A stretch of DNA of 45,843 bases. Origin: an uncultured Actinomycetes bacterium (GTDB taxonomy: Bacteria; Actinomycetota; Actinomycetes; S36-B12; UBA5976). The translations under genes were made by a program, and so were the position numbers. Under the pieces are notes generated by a model. That model ran no database searches, was not told the DNA's origin, and was given only the letters and a program-made list of their open reading frames with translations. Each line of letters opens with the position of its first letter. The first letter of the stretch is position 1. Positions 27,401 to 36,900 of this stretch are shown piece after piece. The stretch spans positions 1-45,843 of the forward strand of contig CAJBBC010000101.1 in NCBI GenBank assembly GCA_903951185.1, written 5' to 3'.

Positions 27401-30154
27401 TCTCTTGCTGGCAATACAACTTCAGCAACAGTCACGTTTCTTGCAGCTGGGACTTGTTCTATTACAACCTCACAGTCTGGAAGTGCTGGATATGACTCCG
27501 CCACACTCTCTAATCAAAGCTTCACAATTTCACTGTCGGCACCTTCGGTGCCTAGAAATGTTACGAGTTCAGTTTCAGGAACTTCAGCAACAATTTCATG
27601 GCTTGCACCAAGTAGCAATGGTGGATCGGCAATCTCTAAATACATTGCTTCGGCGCAGCGGGGCTCAGACACACCATTTACTTGCAACGTGACTAGCGGT
27701 TCGATGGATTCCTGCCTAATTACAGGGCTAACTGAAGGCGATCAGTATACGGTCACGGTCGTTGCCGAAAATACCTCTGTTGGTGCATCGAATAAACAAT
27801 CGTCTGCAAATAGCACTTCAGTGAAATTTGCAGTGCCAACAAAAGTTTCAACTCCAGGAACAATTCCTGCGCAAATCACAAAAGTTGCACCAGTTAAATT
27901 TGTTGGAAATATTTCCGATACCTCAAGGCAACTTTTAGCCAACTCTGGTGTTGTAACGCCACCGGCACAAGCGCCAGAAGTAAAAGTTTCAACGAATCTT
28001 TCAACAGCTTCGATTAGCAATGCGACTGCAGTAACTCTTGAAGAAACTGTTACTTCAGGGTCAGAAATCGTTTTAGAAGTTATTCCGCCATCAAATACAC
28101 CGATAGGGACAGTCTTTCGAGGTTACTTGGAGCTACTTGACGGCACACTTGTCGATCTTGGTAATTTCACATTGAGCGCAAATCAAATAACCCAAGGCGC
28201 CGGTCCCGATGGATTCACTATTGTTCCAATCGGCGATTACAAGGTCTACTTATATGTAGGTGACCGAGTTAACTCCAGCAGTTTTTCAAATTCCTCAGGT
28301 GCGTTTAATTCAAACTCGACAATGCAAGTGCAGAGCGCATTGTTTATGCCAAATGCAGTTACTAGATCTCCTGGCCAAGTAGAGGTCACATATGACTTAA
28401 CTGTGGCAGCAGGACCGAATGGTGTGCCTTCACTAACTAACCCAGTAACTTCAACCCCAACCCCAACCCCGACACCAACCCCGACACCAACACCTACGCC
28501 AACACCAACTCGAAGTACGGCTGCACCAACACCAACTCCAGAACCAACTACTGCGCCGGCTCCAGAGCCAAGTCCAGAAGCTTCAGTTCAAGCACAAGAG
28601 CAAGCCGAAGTAATTGATGATCGCGGTCTTGAAGTTGTCGATCCAATTGCTGATGCACCAGAAGAAGTTGCGCAAACAACAGTTACTGCCGTAACTCTGG
28701 TTGCTGCAGTAACTGCCGCGGCTAGCGCTGCAACAGCAGTTGCCGCAGCAGCAGGAGCAGCTGCAAGTGCTGGCGCGGCTGCTGCAGGCGGAGCAGCCGG
28801 TTCCTCTTCTGGTGGAAGTTCATCAGGTGGCGGTTCAGGTTCACGTTCATCAGGTGGCGGTTCATCATCTGGTGGATCAAGTTCATCTTCAAGTGGCGGA
28901 TCTGGTTCTGGTGGTTCTGGTGGTGAAGGTGGCGACGATGAAGGCGCAACTATTGAAGGTGTTGATTTTGAACTTGAAGGTTTCGAAGCTCAACACATTG
29001 CTTGGGGTGATGGCTTAAAAGTTTGGTCAATTCCAGTTGCAACTGCGTTGGATGCACCAAGTCATAATGCAACGATCAAAATTTCACCGATCACACCATT
29101 AGTTGCAAAATTAATTTCTGATGGCGCTTACTTAAAAGCAATGCTTGGCACCATCGCAATGAGCTTGCCAGTTCTTGGCATGGTGCTTGGGTTAATTGGC
29201 GTAATTCAATCTGGCGGTTTACTGCTGCCACCGGCCGGAGCAATCGTGTTAGCGATTGCAGTCATTGGTGTATTTGACGCATTGGCTGGCTTCTTAGCCA
29301 TGCTGGTATTCACAATTGGCATTACTGCAACAGCAGGTATTAGCACGGCTGCTGATGTGCGAATGATTCTTGGTTTGTTCATTATTGGTTTTGGTCCAGC
29401 ATTGCTTGCCGGCGCATTCCGCGGACTAAGACGTCCGGCTGCAAGCGCGCATCATGAATGGTGGGAGCGCGGTGTTGACTTAGCTGTTGCGCCATTCTTA
29501 GGTGGCTGGGCAACTAAGGGAATGGTTGAAGCATTACCTGCGCTAAGTGGTGTGCAATTACCGATTGCTGATTATGCAACCTCCATTGCTTGGGCAGTTG
29601 CGATCGCATTAATTGTTCGCGTTGTTTTAGAAGAAGTAGTTGCCAAGTTATTCCCAGGTCGCTTGAACTTTATTCACCCAACTGATCTGCCTAGCCCATC
29701 GAATTTGCAAAAAGTAATTGCCCTAACGATGCGGGCTGGAATTTTCTTCTTCGTTGCTGGAGCATTTATTGGCAACAGCTGGCATTTGTATGCAGGTACG
29801 TTCTTATTTATCGCGCCAAGTTACCTTGGACTATTACAAGATAGATTCCCGAACTATCCAAAGCTTTACCAACTTTTGCCAGCAGGCTTACCTGGCCTTG
29901 CTTTCACTTTGTTAGTGGCTTCAGCTTCACTTTCGGTAATGACCTCAATTTTTGGCGCAACTCCTGACTTAGCTAAAGTTGCGTTCGTCCTATTGCCGAT
30001 TCCATCGGTTATTTTAAGTGTGCTTGGCATGTTTGGTCGTGAGCCAGCCCAAGGTGATGTGCGCTGGTATCAACGTGAGAAACTCACCTGGCTTTACCGA
30101 ATCGGCGGCATTGGCATGCTGATTTACACCATGCAATTAACTGGCGTTATTTAA
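24452..30154 (+). CDS. giant (1900 aa) multidomain surface protein with a polytopic C-terminal membrane domain
   Basis: Domain order: signal peptide (...VLNPANAAAS), C-type lectin-like domain, four FN3-like modules, a PPC-like domain (WYKF...YYFALGSY), two YxYQW-type Ig-like repeats, a (TP)9 linker, an Ala-rich TM-like segment, a Gly/Ser tract, then about 10 TM helices. No LPXTG. Start is GTG 24452 or ATG 24476. Confidence 0.85.
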   Translation: MVRQKQKIMGSTLVSVRFLIATIIAIVPTLTVLNPANAAASGTMPNSMVADITNFKLLSSTGTTPSISNFSGSVRVVVTTTNGTSKITTTTGLTAPTGYSSSDWTAGAASLGFEGNLTNVNNAIATISFKGTSAASAASVQVSAISAGAAYNPDNGHYYEIVNNGSAINWATARANAKARTFNGLTGYLATITSQAEQTFLYSKTVTTGWIGASDGYDVSTNQIWKWADGPEAGQTFWTTACGTGAQGICSSTGMYNFWNSGEPNGVNGSEDNGEFGFGSGGQWNDCQNGCNRTQYIVEYGGAGGTAAESFEATTSITVTAVPAAPTINSLTIDNAAIGVNFTAGSANNSEITKFQYSTNSGTNWADLSGLTSPQVITSTSAGTSLSNGTSYTVIIRAVNAVGNSLASSGVSGTLGSPTNSDTWSGAAQVCPRLSLSSSCTFTGNNSSGTSQSHSGWSEGWGGKTVWYKFSPLESGTVTIRATSPSFDNTLHLTSSSDSLLTSNDDSYGLDAKVAYSVTAGQTYYFALGSYSSGAGSATLSVSMSVPTPPSSPTASTSGVSRTAVVSWTASNASAEGTTSYEIAPFVGGVQVTPTTGITNLTVSGTPPLTTSTVSGLTNGTSYTFKIRSVNANGPSAWSTETSAITIYGPASAPSSLIKAQDNQQVTVSFTGVSGSGLNGGTFVRYEYQVGSGSWVDIGSSLSFTASGLTNGTAYTFNVRAITLVGASNINGTSASISGTPNILPANTVSPTISGTAQHGQTFSIPSEGTWTGGGISYTYQWQRASSPSGTFTDISGATSTTYVTGNSDLGNFLRIKIIGTNSTGAGYGYSGASAEILDQPAINSSAPSITGTKTVGSTLTALAGTWAGTRNVYTYEWFRSEVSGGAATLISGANSSTYLLAVEDAGKFIHVLVTATNSSGINSANSSETTAISKASQTLSNFSNPGTTAYSSGSAAISAESNRGLVIDFGSATSAVCLVGSESLAGNTTSATVTFLAAGTCSITTSQSGSAGYDSATLSNQSFTISLSAPSVPRNVTSSVSGTSATISWLAPSSNGGSAISKYIASAQRGSDTPFTCNVTSGSMDSCLITGLTEGDQYTVTVVAENTSVGASNKQSSANSTSVKFAVPTKVSTPGTIPAQITKVAPVKFVGNISDTSRQLLANSGVVTPPAQAPEVKVSTNLSTASISNATAVTLEETVTSGSEIVLEVIPPSNTPIGTVFRGYLELLDGTLVDLGNFTLSANQITQGAGPDGFTIVPIGDYKVYLYVGDRVNSSSFSNSSGAFNSNSTMQVQSALFMPNAVTRSPGQVEVTYDLTVAAGPNGVPSLTNPVTSTPTPTPTPTPTPTPTPTPTRSTAAPTPTPEPTTAPAPEPSPEASVQAQEQAEVIDDRGLEVVDPIADAPEEVAQTTVTAVTLVAAVTAAASAATAVAAAAGAAASAGAAAAGGAAGSSSGGSSSGGGSGSRSSGGGSSSGGSSSSSSGGSGSGGSGGEGGDDEGATIEGVDFELEGFEAQHIAWGDGLKVWSIPVATALDAPSHNATIKISPITPLVAKLISDGAYLKAMLGTIAMSLPVLGMVLGLIGVIQSGGLLLPPAGAIVLAIAVIGVFDALAGFLAMLVFTIGITATAGISTAADVRMILGLFIIGFGPALLAGAFRGLRRPAASAHHEWWERGVDLAVAPFLGGWATKGMVEALPALSGVQLPIADYATSIAWAVAIALIVRVVLEEVVAKLFPGRLNFIHPTDLPSPSNLQKVIALTMRAGIFFFVAGAFIGNSWHLYAGTFLFIAPSYLGLLQDRFPNYPKLYQLLPAGLPGLAFTLLVASASLSVMTSIFGATPDLAKVAFVLLPIPSVILSVLGMFGREPAQGDVRWYQREKLTWLYRIGGIGMLIYTMQLTGVI
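24914..25354 (+). other. C-type lectin-like domain within the giant protein
   Basis: Sequence WATARANAKARTFNGLTGYLATITSQAEQTF, WIGASDG, WKWADG, FWNSGEPNG (EPN at 25238-25246) and GQWNDCQNGC (WND at 25301-25309). Confidence 0.75.
28454..28510 (+). repeat. imperfect hexanucleotide tandem repeat encoding (Thr-Pro)9
   Basis: ACC CCA / ACC CCG / ACA CCA units read directly from the sequence. Confidence 0.95.
28799..28924 (+). repeat. Gly/Ser low-complexity tract with an internal 20-nt perfect direct repeat
   Basis: GTTCATCAGGTGGCGGTTCA at 28818-28837 and again at 28845-28864. The 27-nt offset keeps them in frame. Confidence 0.9.
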
Positions 30155-30270
30155 GGTTATTTCCAAAACTCTTGCAAACAATTTGCGATAACTGTCCAGA
30201 TCGGATTCTGCGGGAACAAGTTTTGCCAAAACAGGGTTGGATAGTAGGTAACACTTAATGAGGAGTACCA

Positions 30271-31461
30271 ATGTCGTTGCCACCACTAGTTAGTGATGAT
30301 GCGCAATTAAGCGTTGATGAAGTTCGTCGGTATAGCCGGCACTTAATCATTCCTGATGTTGGTATGTCTGGGCAGAAACGCCTTAAGAATGCAAAAGTAC
30401 TTTGTGTAGGTGCAGGTGGCTTAGGTTCACCAGCACTTATGTATTTAGCGGCAGCTGGCGTTGGAACCTTAGGCATTGTTGAATACGACACAGTCGATGA
30501 ATCAAACTTGCAGCGCCAGATTATTCACGGCCAAAGTGACATCGGAAGATCTAAAGCGGAAAGCGCGCGTGACAGTGTTAAAGAAGTTAATCCTTATGTA
30601 CAAGTAAATATCCACGAACTTAGATTAGATAGCTCTAATGTGATGGATCTATTTGCTCAATACGACTTGATCGTTGATGGTACAGATAACTTTGCTACAC
30701 GTTATTTAGTTAATGACGCCTGTGTACTACTTGATAAGCCTTATGTATGGGGATCTATTTATCGCTTTGATGGACAAGCAAGCGTTTTTTGGTCTGAACA
30801 TGGGCCTTGCTACCGCTGTTTATATCCTGAACCACCACCGCCAGGTATGGTTCCATCTTGTGCTGAGGGTGGCGTGCTAGGGGTGCTTTGTGCATCGATT
30901 GGTTCTATTCAAGTAACTGAAGCAATCAAAGTAATTACCGGTATCGGCGATCCACTAGTTGGTTCATTAATTGTTTACGACGCACTTGAAATGTCTTACC
31001 GAAAAATTAAGGTTCGTAAAGATCCAAACTGCGCAGTGTGTGGAGAAAATCCAACTGTTACAGAATTAATTGACTACGAACTATTCTGTGGGTCAGTTTC
31101 GCCTGAAGCCGTTGATGCAATTGTTGATTCGACAATTAGCGTTAAGCAACTTGATGAAATGCTTAAAGCACGTGAGCGCGGTGAAAAAGATTTTGTACTT
31201 ATTGACGTACGTGAACCTAATGAATACGAGATAGTAAAAATCCCTGGCGCAGTGCTAATTCCAAAGAATGAATTTTTGATGGGTGACGCGCTAACTAAAA
31301 TGCCGATTGATAAGCAGATTGTGTTGCACTGTAAAGCCGGAACTAGATCAGCTGAAGTTTTAGCTGCAGTTAAAGGTGCTGGCTTTAAAGATGCCATTCA
31401 CGTTGGCGGCGGAGTGCTTGCTTGGGTTAACCAAATCGACCCAAGTCAACCGACTTACTAG
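30271..31461 (+). CDS. moeZ: adenylyltransferase/sulfurtransferase MoeZ (MoeB/ThiF domain + rhodanese)
   Basis: Motifs VLCVGAGGLGSPALMYLAAAGVG, SNLQRQ and CYRCLYPEPP...CAEGGVLG. C-terminal rhodanese with CKAGTRS. GAGGAG SD upstream. Confidence 0.9.
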   Translation: MSLPPLVSDDAQLSVDEVRRYSRHLIIPDVGMSGQKRLKNAKVLCVGAGGLGSPALMYLAAAGVGTLGIVEYDTVDESNLQRQIIHGQSDIGRSKAESARDSVKEVNPYVQVNIHELRLDSSNVMDLFAQYDLIVDGTDNFATRYLVNDACVLLDKPYVWGSIYRFDGQASVFWSEHGPCYRCLYPEPPPPGMVPSCAEGGVLGVLCASIGSIQVTEAIKVITGIGDPLVGSLIVYDALEMSYRKIKVRKDPNCAVCGENPTVTELIDYELFCGSVSPEAVDAIVDSTISVKQLDEMLKARERGEKDFVLIDVREPNEYEIVKIPGAVLIPKNEFLMGDALTKMPIDKQIVLHCKAGTRSAEVLAAVKGAGFKDAIHVGGGVLAWVNQIDPSQPTY

Positions 31462-33917
31462 AGATTGCCGGTTCGCTGCAAGTTATTAAAAGCTAACCAA
31501 CCTGGAATTGTTGGGAACCAGAAAGTCCAAAATCTAAATAACAGTGTTGCTGAAACAGCAACGCCAGCATCTACTCCCGCTGTAGTTAAACCTGCAGCGA
31601 TAGCAGCTTCAATCGCGCCCAGACCACCAGGAGTTGGAGCTACTTGGCCGATAACCGAACCAGCTAAATACACCACAGCGATTGTGACGATTGTGGCATC
31701 GTCAGTAAATGCGCGCACAGAAGCGTATAACGCACCAATGTAAGAAAGGTTAAGCAAGATAACGCCGCCAACACCTGCCAGAAGTTTAAGTGGTTGGTTG
31801 GCCAGTGCAGTGAAACGTGGCACTACTTGACCCAGGATTGGTTTAACTCGATCGCCGACTCGGTCACGAACATTTGGAATTGAAAGTGCAAACGCAATCG
31901 CCAACGCAATAACAAAAACAGCAATGATTACTGTGCGTGATGGGCGGAACGCTAATTCACTTGAAGTGCCAGCAACAATTGCCATAATCAGTAAAAAGCT
32001 GATGTGGCTAATGAATGCCAGCACTTGCACCAGAGCAATACTTGCGGCGGCAACAGCTGAATTTAAACGCTGTTTAGTTAAATATCGAATATTTATTGCC
32101 ACTGAACCAAGAGTTGGCGGTGCAACTAAAGTGGCAAATGAAGCAGCCCACTGAGTTTGAAAAGTTTTCCATGTGGATAGACGCTCCGGCACAACACCCA
32201 ACATATTTATTGTTGCCGCGATATAAGTCAGGACTGAGAAACCAAATGCAGCTAAAACCCAACTCGGCTTAGCTGAACCAATTAACTCAATCAAATTAAC
32301 TTTTGTTAACTGGCCTAATAGTAAGTAGGCAGCTAAAGTTCCGGCTGCAATAGTGATCAGCGTCCGTGGTTTAACCCGTTCAATTTCAACAGATTGGTCA
32401 TCTGAGCCTTCAGGAAGCAGAGTCAATAAAGTATTTCGAATTTCGGTTAGTAAGTTTTTATTCTTTTTAAGTAAATCTCGAGTTGGGTTTGAAAAAGCTA
32501 CTAATTGCAGCGCTGGTAAAGCTTTTGTAATTGTGGCATCGCCAAGGATGTACCGGGCCGCTGTGATGGCTCGCTCAGGGGAACTTCGCATTGACAGCGT
32601 GCAAAGTGCTTCGGCTAAATCAATTCGAAGTAGCACATCGCTGGCAGCAATTGCCCCATCTTCTAATTCAGTTAAATAAACCTGACCATCTGAACCCAGA
32701 ACGAAACTTTCGGCAGTCAAGCTGCGATGAGCTATTCGCGCGGCATGTAAATCACGAACTATTTCCCAAGCACCAGCTAATTCAGCATCAGCAAGTTTGT
32801 GGTCAATTACATCGAATCGGCGCCCAGGCAAGTGATCGAATGCCAAAACGGCAGCGTCTGGACCAACTTCAGCTACTGAAATTAAATTTGGTGTGCGGAT
32901 TCCGGCTGTTGAAATAGCCCAGCTATTTAGCGCAATTCGCTCAAGCCGGCGTCGCATAGATGTTCCGCTGCCACCAGAATCATCGCGAAGTCGAATTGAG
33001 CGATAAATAGCTTGGGCTAAGCCTGCGCCTTCTAAGTCGCGATCAAGCACAATGAGATCTAATCGGCGACCATCTAAAGTGCTGGCATCGTAACCACGAC
33101 CAGACTCAAGTACTTCAGCTGCACGTAGTAACGAAAGCGGTAAATCTACAGTGGCGAGTGTGTCCGCAATTTGATTTCCAGGTGGCCGAGTTGTGTCAGT
33201 ACCAAGTAAATATCGAATTAGTAAACCAACTGCCCAGCCGGCCAAAATTGAAACTAATAAACCTGTGGTCGTAATACCACCACTGATGATGTCAGATAGT
33301 GCAATTGATCCAATGACGACTCCGGAAACAAAATTCCATCTATGCCTAGACATAGTTCGCGCCACAGTGTTCATGGCCGCAAGACCACCAATAAGTAAGT
33401 TCAACGGAACTGCAACTGTGGTGTCAGTTGTGCCAGCAAAAGCCAATAGTAAGGGCTGAGCATCTACTTGTGTGACTGTCCAAGATGCAAAAGATAAAAG
33501 CGCAACAGTAATCAGTAGGCCGGCGATTGCTTCCATCAACTGACGTGCACGTCGGCGCAAAATTAAGTCAAAAGCAACAGCCACTGGGAAAGCTAAAGCA
33601 CCTAAACCTGAAACGAAACTAGCTACATATAAAAGGGCGCTAGGTAGTCGGTTAGCTCCTTGTGAAATATCTTGGCCAATACCTGTGGCCGTACTTTGGG
33701 CTAAATATGAAAGCAAACTTGCCGCGGCAATACTCACCAGCACTATTGCAAAACGTGCCAAATCACCTGGTCGACGTAGGCGGCGCTCGAGAACTGCATC
33801 CTCGATAACCAGAGTCGAGCTGTAGGAACTCAAGTGAACACCTTGTAAGTACTTGCGCCGGTAGACCGGAGCGGGCGGATTTATTGGTTTTCCTATTATC
33901 TCTAAGTTTTCAGGCAC
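31458..33917 (-). CDS. large integral membrane protein: N-terminal TM bundle, central kinase-fold-like (probably inactive) domain, C-terminal flippase-like (LPG_synthase_TM/UPF0104-type) domain
   Basis: 819 aa. The central soluble segment has an HRSLTAESFVL-type loop where the kinase HRD would be. The C-terminal 8-TM region resembles UPF0104. The domain calls are tentative. Confidence 0.6.
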   Translation of the reverse strand: MPENLEIIGKPINPPAPVYRRKYLQGVHLSSYSSTLVIEDAVLERRLRRPGDLARFAIVLVSIAAASLLSYLAQSTATGIGQDISQGANRLPSALLYVASFVSGLGALAFPVAVAFDLILRRRARQLMEAIAGLLITVALLSFASWTVTQVDAQPLLLAFAGTTDTTVAVPLNLLIGGLAAMNTVARTMSRHRWNFVSGVVIGSIALSDIISGGITTTGLLVSILAGWAVGLLIRYLLGTDTTRPPGNQIADTLATVDLPLSLLRAAEVLESGRGYDASTLDGRRLDLIVLDRDLEGAGLAQAIYRSIRLRDDSGGSGTSMRRRLERIALNSWAISTAGIRTPNLISVAEVGPDAAVLAFDHLPGRRFDVIDHKLADAELAGAWEIVRDLHAARIAHRSLTAESFVLGSDGQVYLTELEDGAIAASDVLLRIDLAEALCTLSMRSSPERAITAARYILGDATITKALPALQLVAFSNPTRDLLKKNKNLLTEIRNTLLTLLPEGSDDQSVEIERVKPRTLITIAAGTLAAYLLLGQLTKVNLIELIGSAKPSWVLAAFGFSVLTYIAATINMLGVVPERLSTWKTFQTQWAASFATLVAPPTLGSVAINIRYLTKQRLNSAVAAASIALVQVLAFISHISFLLIMAIVAGTSSELAFRPSRTVIIAVFVIALAIAFALSIPNVRDRVGDRVKPILGQVVPRFTALANQPLKLLAGVGGVILLNLSYIGALYASVRAFTDDATIVTIAVVYLAGSVIGQVAPTPGGLGAIEAAIAAGLTTAGVDAGVAVSATLLFRFWTFWFPTIPGWLAFNNLQRTGNL

Positions 33918-33920
33918 TAT

Positions 33921-36900
33921 GTGGCCGCAGATTTGTCATGGCTACATGGTGGAATAGACCTAATGACCCGCTTAATCCTTGACGCTACGCCACCGGAACA
34001 ACCGGTAGCCACTGCTTTAGATGTGAACCAACAAGCGGTGGTCGATCACACTCGAGGTGCACTACGTGTTTTAGCCGGTCCTGGCACCGGAAAAACTACG
34101 ACATTAGTTGAAGCAATGGCCGCACGCCTAGTTGGCGAGCAAGCTCTAAAACCGAATCAAGTTCTTGGCTTAACATTCGGTCGACGCGCTGCGCTTGATT
34201 GGCGCGATCGCGTGACTGCTCAAATAGGCGGCGGCGAAGTTCCACTTATTAGCACCTTTCATTCGTTCTGCTATGCCTTAGTGCGGATGTATGAACCAAG
34301 TGAGCGTTATGTAAATCCCATTCGGTTACTTTCTGGCCCAGAACAAGAAGCTAGGTCTAGACAACTTTTTAATAATTCAATTAATGACGGCCGGCTAACT
34401 TGGCCAACAGAATTAATGCCAGCAGTTGGCACTCGTGGATTAGCTGAAGAAGTTCGCGAAGTTATGTCTCGTACTCGTTCGCATTTAATGGATCCGGCGC
34501 AATTAGTTTCACTTGGTAAGCAATCTGCAAATGAAACTTGGCAAGCAATTGGCAAATTCATGGATGAATATCTAGACGTCCTAGACTCTGAAGGCGTTTT
34601 AGATTACAGCGAACTTATTTATCGCGCTGTGCTTTTGTGTAATCAACCTGAAGTTGCGAAGGATTTACATCAGCAGTTTAAAGCCATCTTTGTCGACGAG
34701 TATCAAGATACTGATCCAGGCCAAGTTGAATTGCTTAAAGCAATGATCGGACCAGAAACTTCCTTAGTTGTAGTTGGTGATATCGATCAAGCTATTTACG
34801 GCTTCCGTGGTGCAGATGAATCTGGGTTACGTAAATTTGATGAAGTTTTTGCTCCACTTTTCAGCGGTGACATTAAAGATGAAGTTTTAACTAACTGTCG
34901 TAGATTTGGTCCGACTATTCGTGCGGCAGCCACGGCAGTAATTGAAAAACAATTCCCAATCGGAATCGATCCAGAATTAATTCGGGAACATCGAAACCCG
35001 ACTGTAAGTGCGACAAATAAAGATGAATTACTAGTTCGAACTTATGATTCAGAAGGTGCTGAAGCTTCAAATATTGCCAATTTAGTAGCCAGAGCTCATG
35101 CCCATGAAGGTTATGCCTGGTCTGATATCGCAGTAATAGTAAGGTCAGCGAGAGTTTCGATGCCAGCAATCCAACGGGCTTTGATTTCGGCTGGTGTTCC
35201 CGTCACGGTGGCGGCTGACGAAGTGCCGTTACATCTAGACCCAGCAGTTATGCCCTTACTTGATTTACTTCGAGTTATTGATGAACCATCGGCATTAAGT
35301 CCAGAAGTTGCGATGGATTTATTGGCCGGACCGTTAGCAAACGTTGACCAAATTGATTTAAGGCGACTTACTGCTTATTTGCGCAAAACTGAGCGCATTA
35401 ACGGTAACTCACCTAAACCATCGACAGTGTTAATCGCCCAAGTTATTGCTGAACCGGGACTACTTTCGCAAGTGCCAAGAGGTGCTTTTGATTCAATAGT
35501 TTCAACAGTAACTCGGCTTGGTAATTTGATTAGCTCAGCTCGAAGTTTAATTACAAAAGGTGCAACACCGCATGAAGTTCTAGATTTTATCTGGCAAGAG
35601 TCAGACTGGCGAATACAACTTGAAGATCGATCGCTCTCATTTGATTTTAGTTCGCAAAATGCTAATCGTGATTTAGATTCAATTTGTGCGCTATTTGATT
35701 TGGCGAATCGATTTGTTATTCGCGGCGGCGGAAAAGATTTAACAATTTTCTTAGCGGAAATTGAATCACAAGCTATCCCAGCTGAACCATTAGCTGAAAA
35801 CGATATACGTAGTGATTCAGTTCGACTTTTAACTGCACACCGCGCTAAAGGTTTACAGTGGCCGATGGTGATTGTTGCTGGTGCGCAAGAAAACCTATGG
35901 CCAGACCTTCGGTCACATCAAACTATTTTGCAAGCAGATCGAATAGGTAAAAACGAAGTTTTGATGCCACCTACTTTTGCCGAAACACTTGCTGGTGAAC
36001 GCCGACTCTTTTATGTGGCAGTCACTAGAGCGATGCAAAAGCTTGTTTTAACTGCGGTCGATACTTCGATTAACGATGACGGGGTTCAACCATCCCGATT
36101 CTTAAGGGATATTCAAGCAAAATTAACGGATTTAGATTGGCAACACATAGGCGGTCGTCCTAAGCGCCCACTGAATGTGGATGGTTTAGTTTCTAGTTTG
36201 CGGCGCGTTCTGATGGATGCTAATTCCAGCCCAGAGTTGAAAACTGCGGCAGCTAGCCGATTAGCCAAAATAGGTAAGAAAGATTCGCCTGTATTCAAAA
36301 ATGCACTACCTGAAAATTGGTGGGGGATTAATGAAATTACTAAGAATGAGAAAGCTAAAAATAATTCTGTAGCGCTTTCAGCTACAGCAATTGAAAATAT
36401 TGAATTATGTTCATTGCGCTGGTTCCTCGAACGTAAAGTTGGGGCCATTTCAGATTCATCAACCAAAATGATTTTTGGCAACATTTTGCATTTAATTGCA
36501 GCCGGACTGCAAAATTCAGAAATTCCAACTGACTTAGATTTCATAAACACAAAAATTGACCAAGTTTGGCCAGAGTTAGGTTACGAAGCTAGTTGGGAAT
36601 CTACTCGGGAAAGGCAAGAGGCTCGGGACGCTTCAGTTCGATTGCTTAATTGGTTTATCGAACATAATGAAAATGAAAGTTTGGCAGAAACACAACTTGC
36701 CTTAACTAAATCAATCTCAGATGAATTTGGAAATGACTACCAAGTAAATATCACCGGCTTTGCCGATCGGGTGGAATTCACTGTAGACGGAGTAATGATT
36801 TATGATTTCAAAACTTCAAAGAAAATTGTGAAGAAAAGTGAACTTGCTCAAAATGTGCAGTTAGCACTTTATTCTTATCTGTTTGAAAATGGCAACTACA

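Noticed and set aside
28722-29018. ORFs 28722-28949 (-) and 28740-29018 (+) with H/Q/L-rich repeats
   Set aside because: They are alternative-frame readings of the Ala- and Gly/Ser-rich repeat DNA of the giant gene, so they are low-complexity artefacts.
30195-30225. CTGTCCAGATCGGATTCTG upstream of moeZ, which resembles TTGTCCAGATTCTGGAC at 44130, as a shared operator
   Set aside because: There are only two loosely similar instances, and the second half-site is degenerate at 30.2 kb. The evidence is insufficient.
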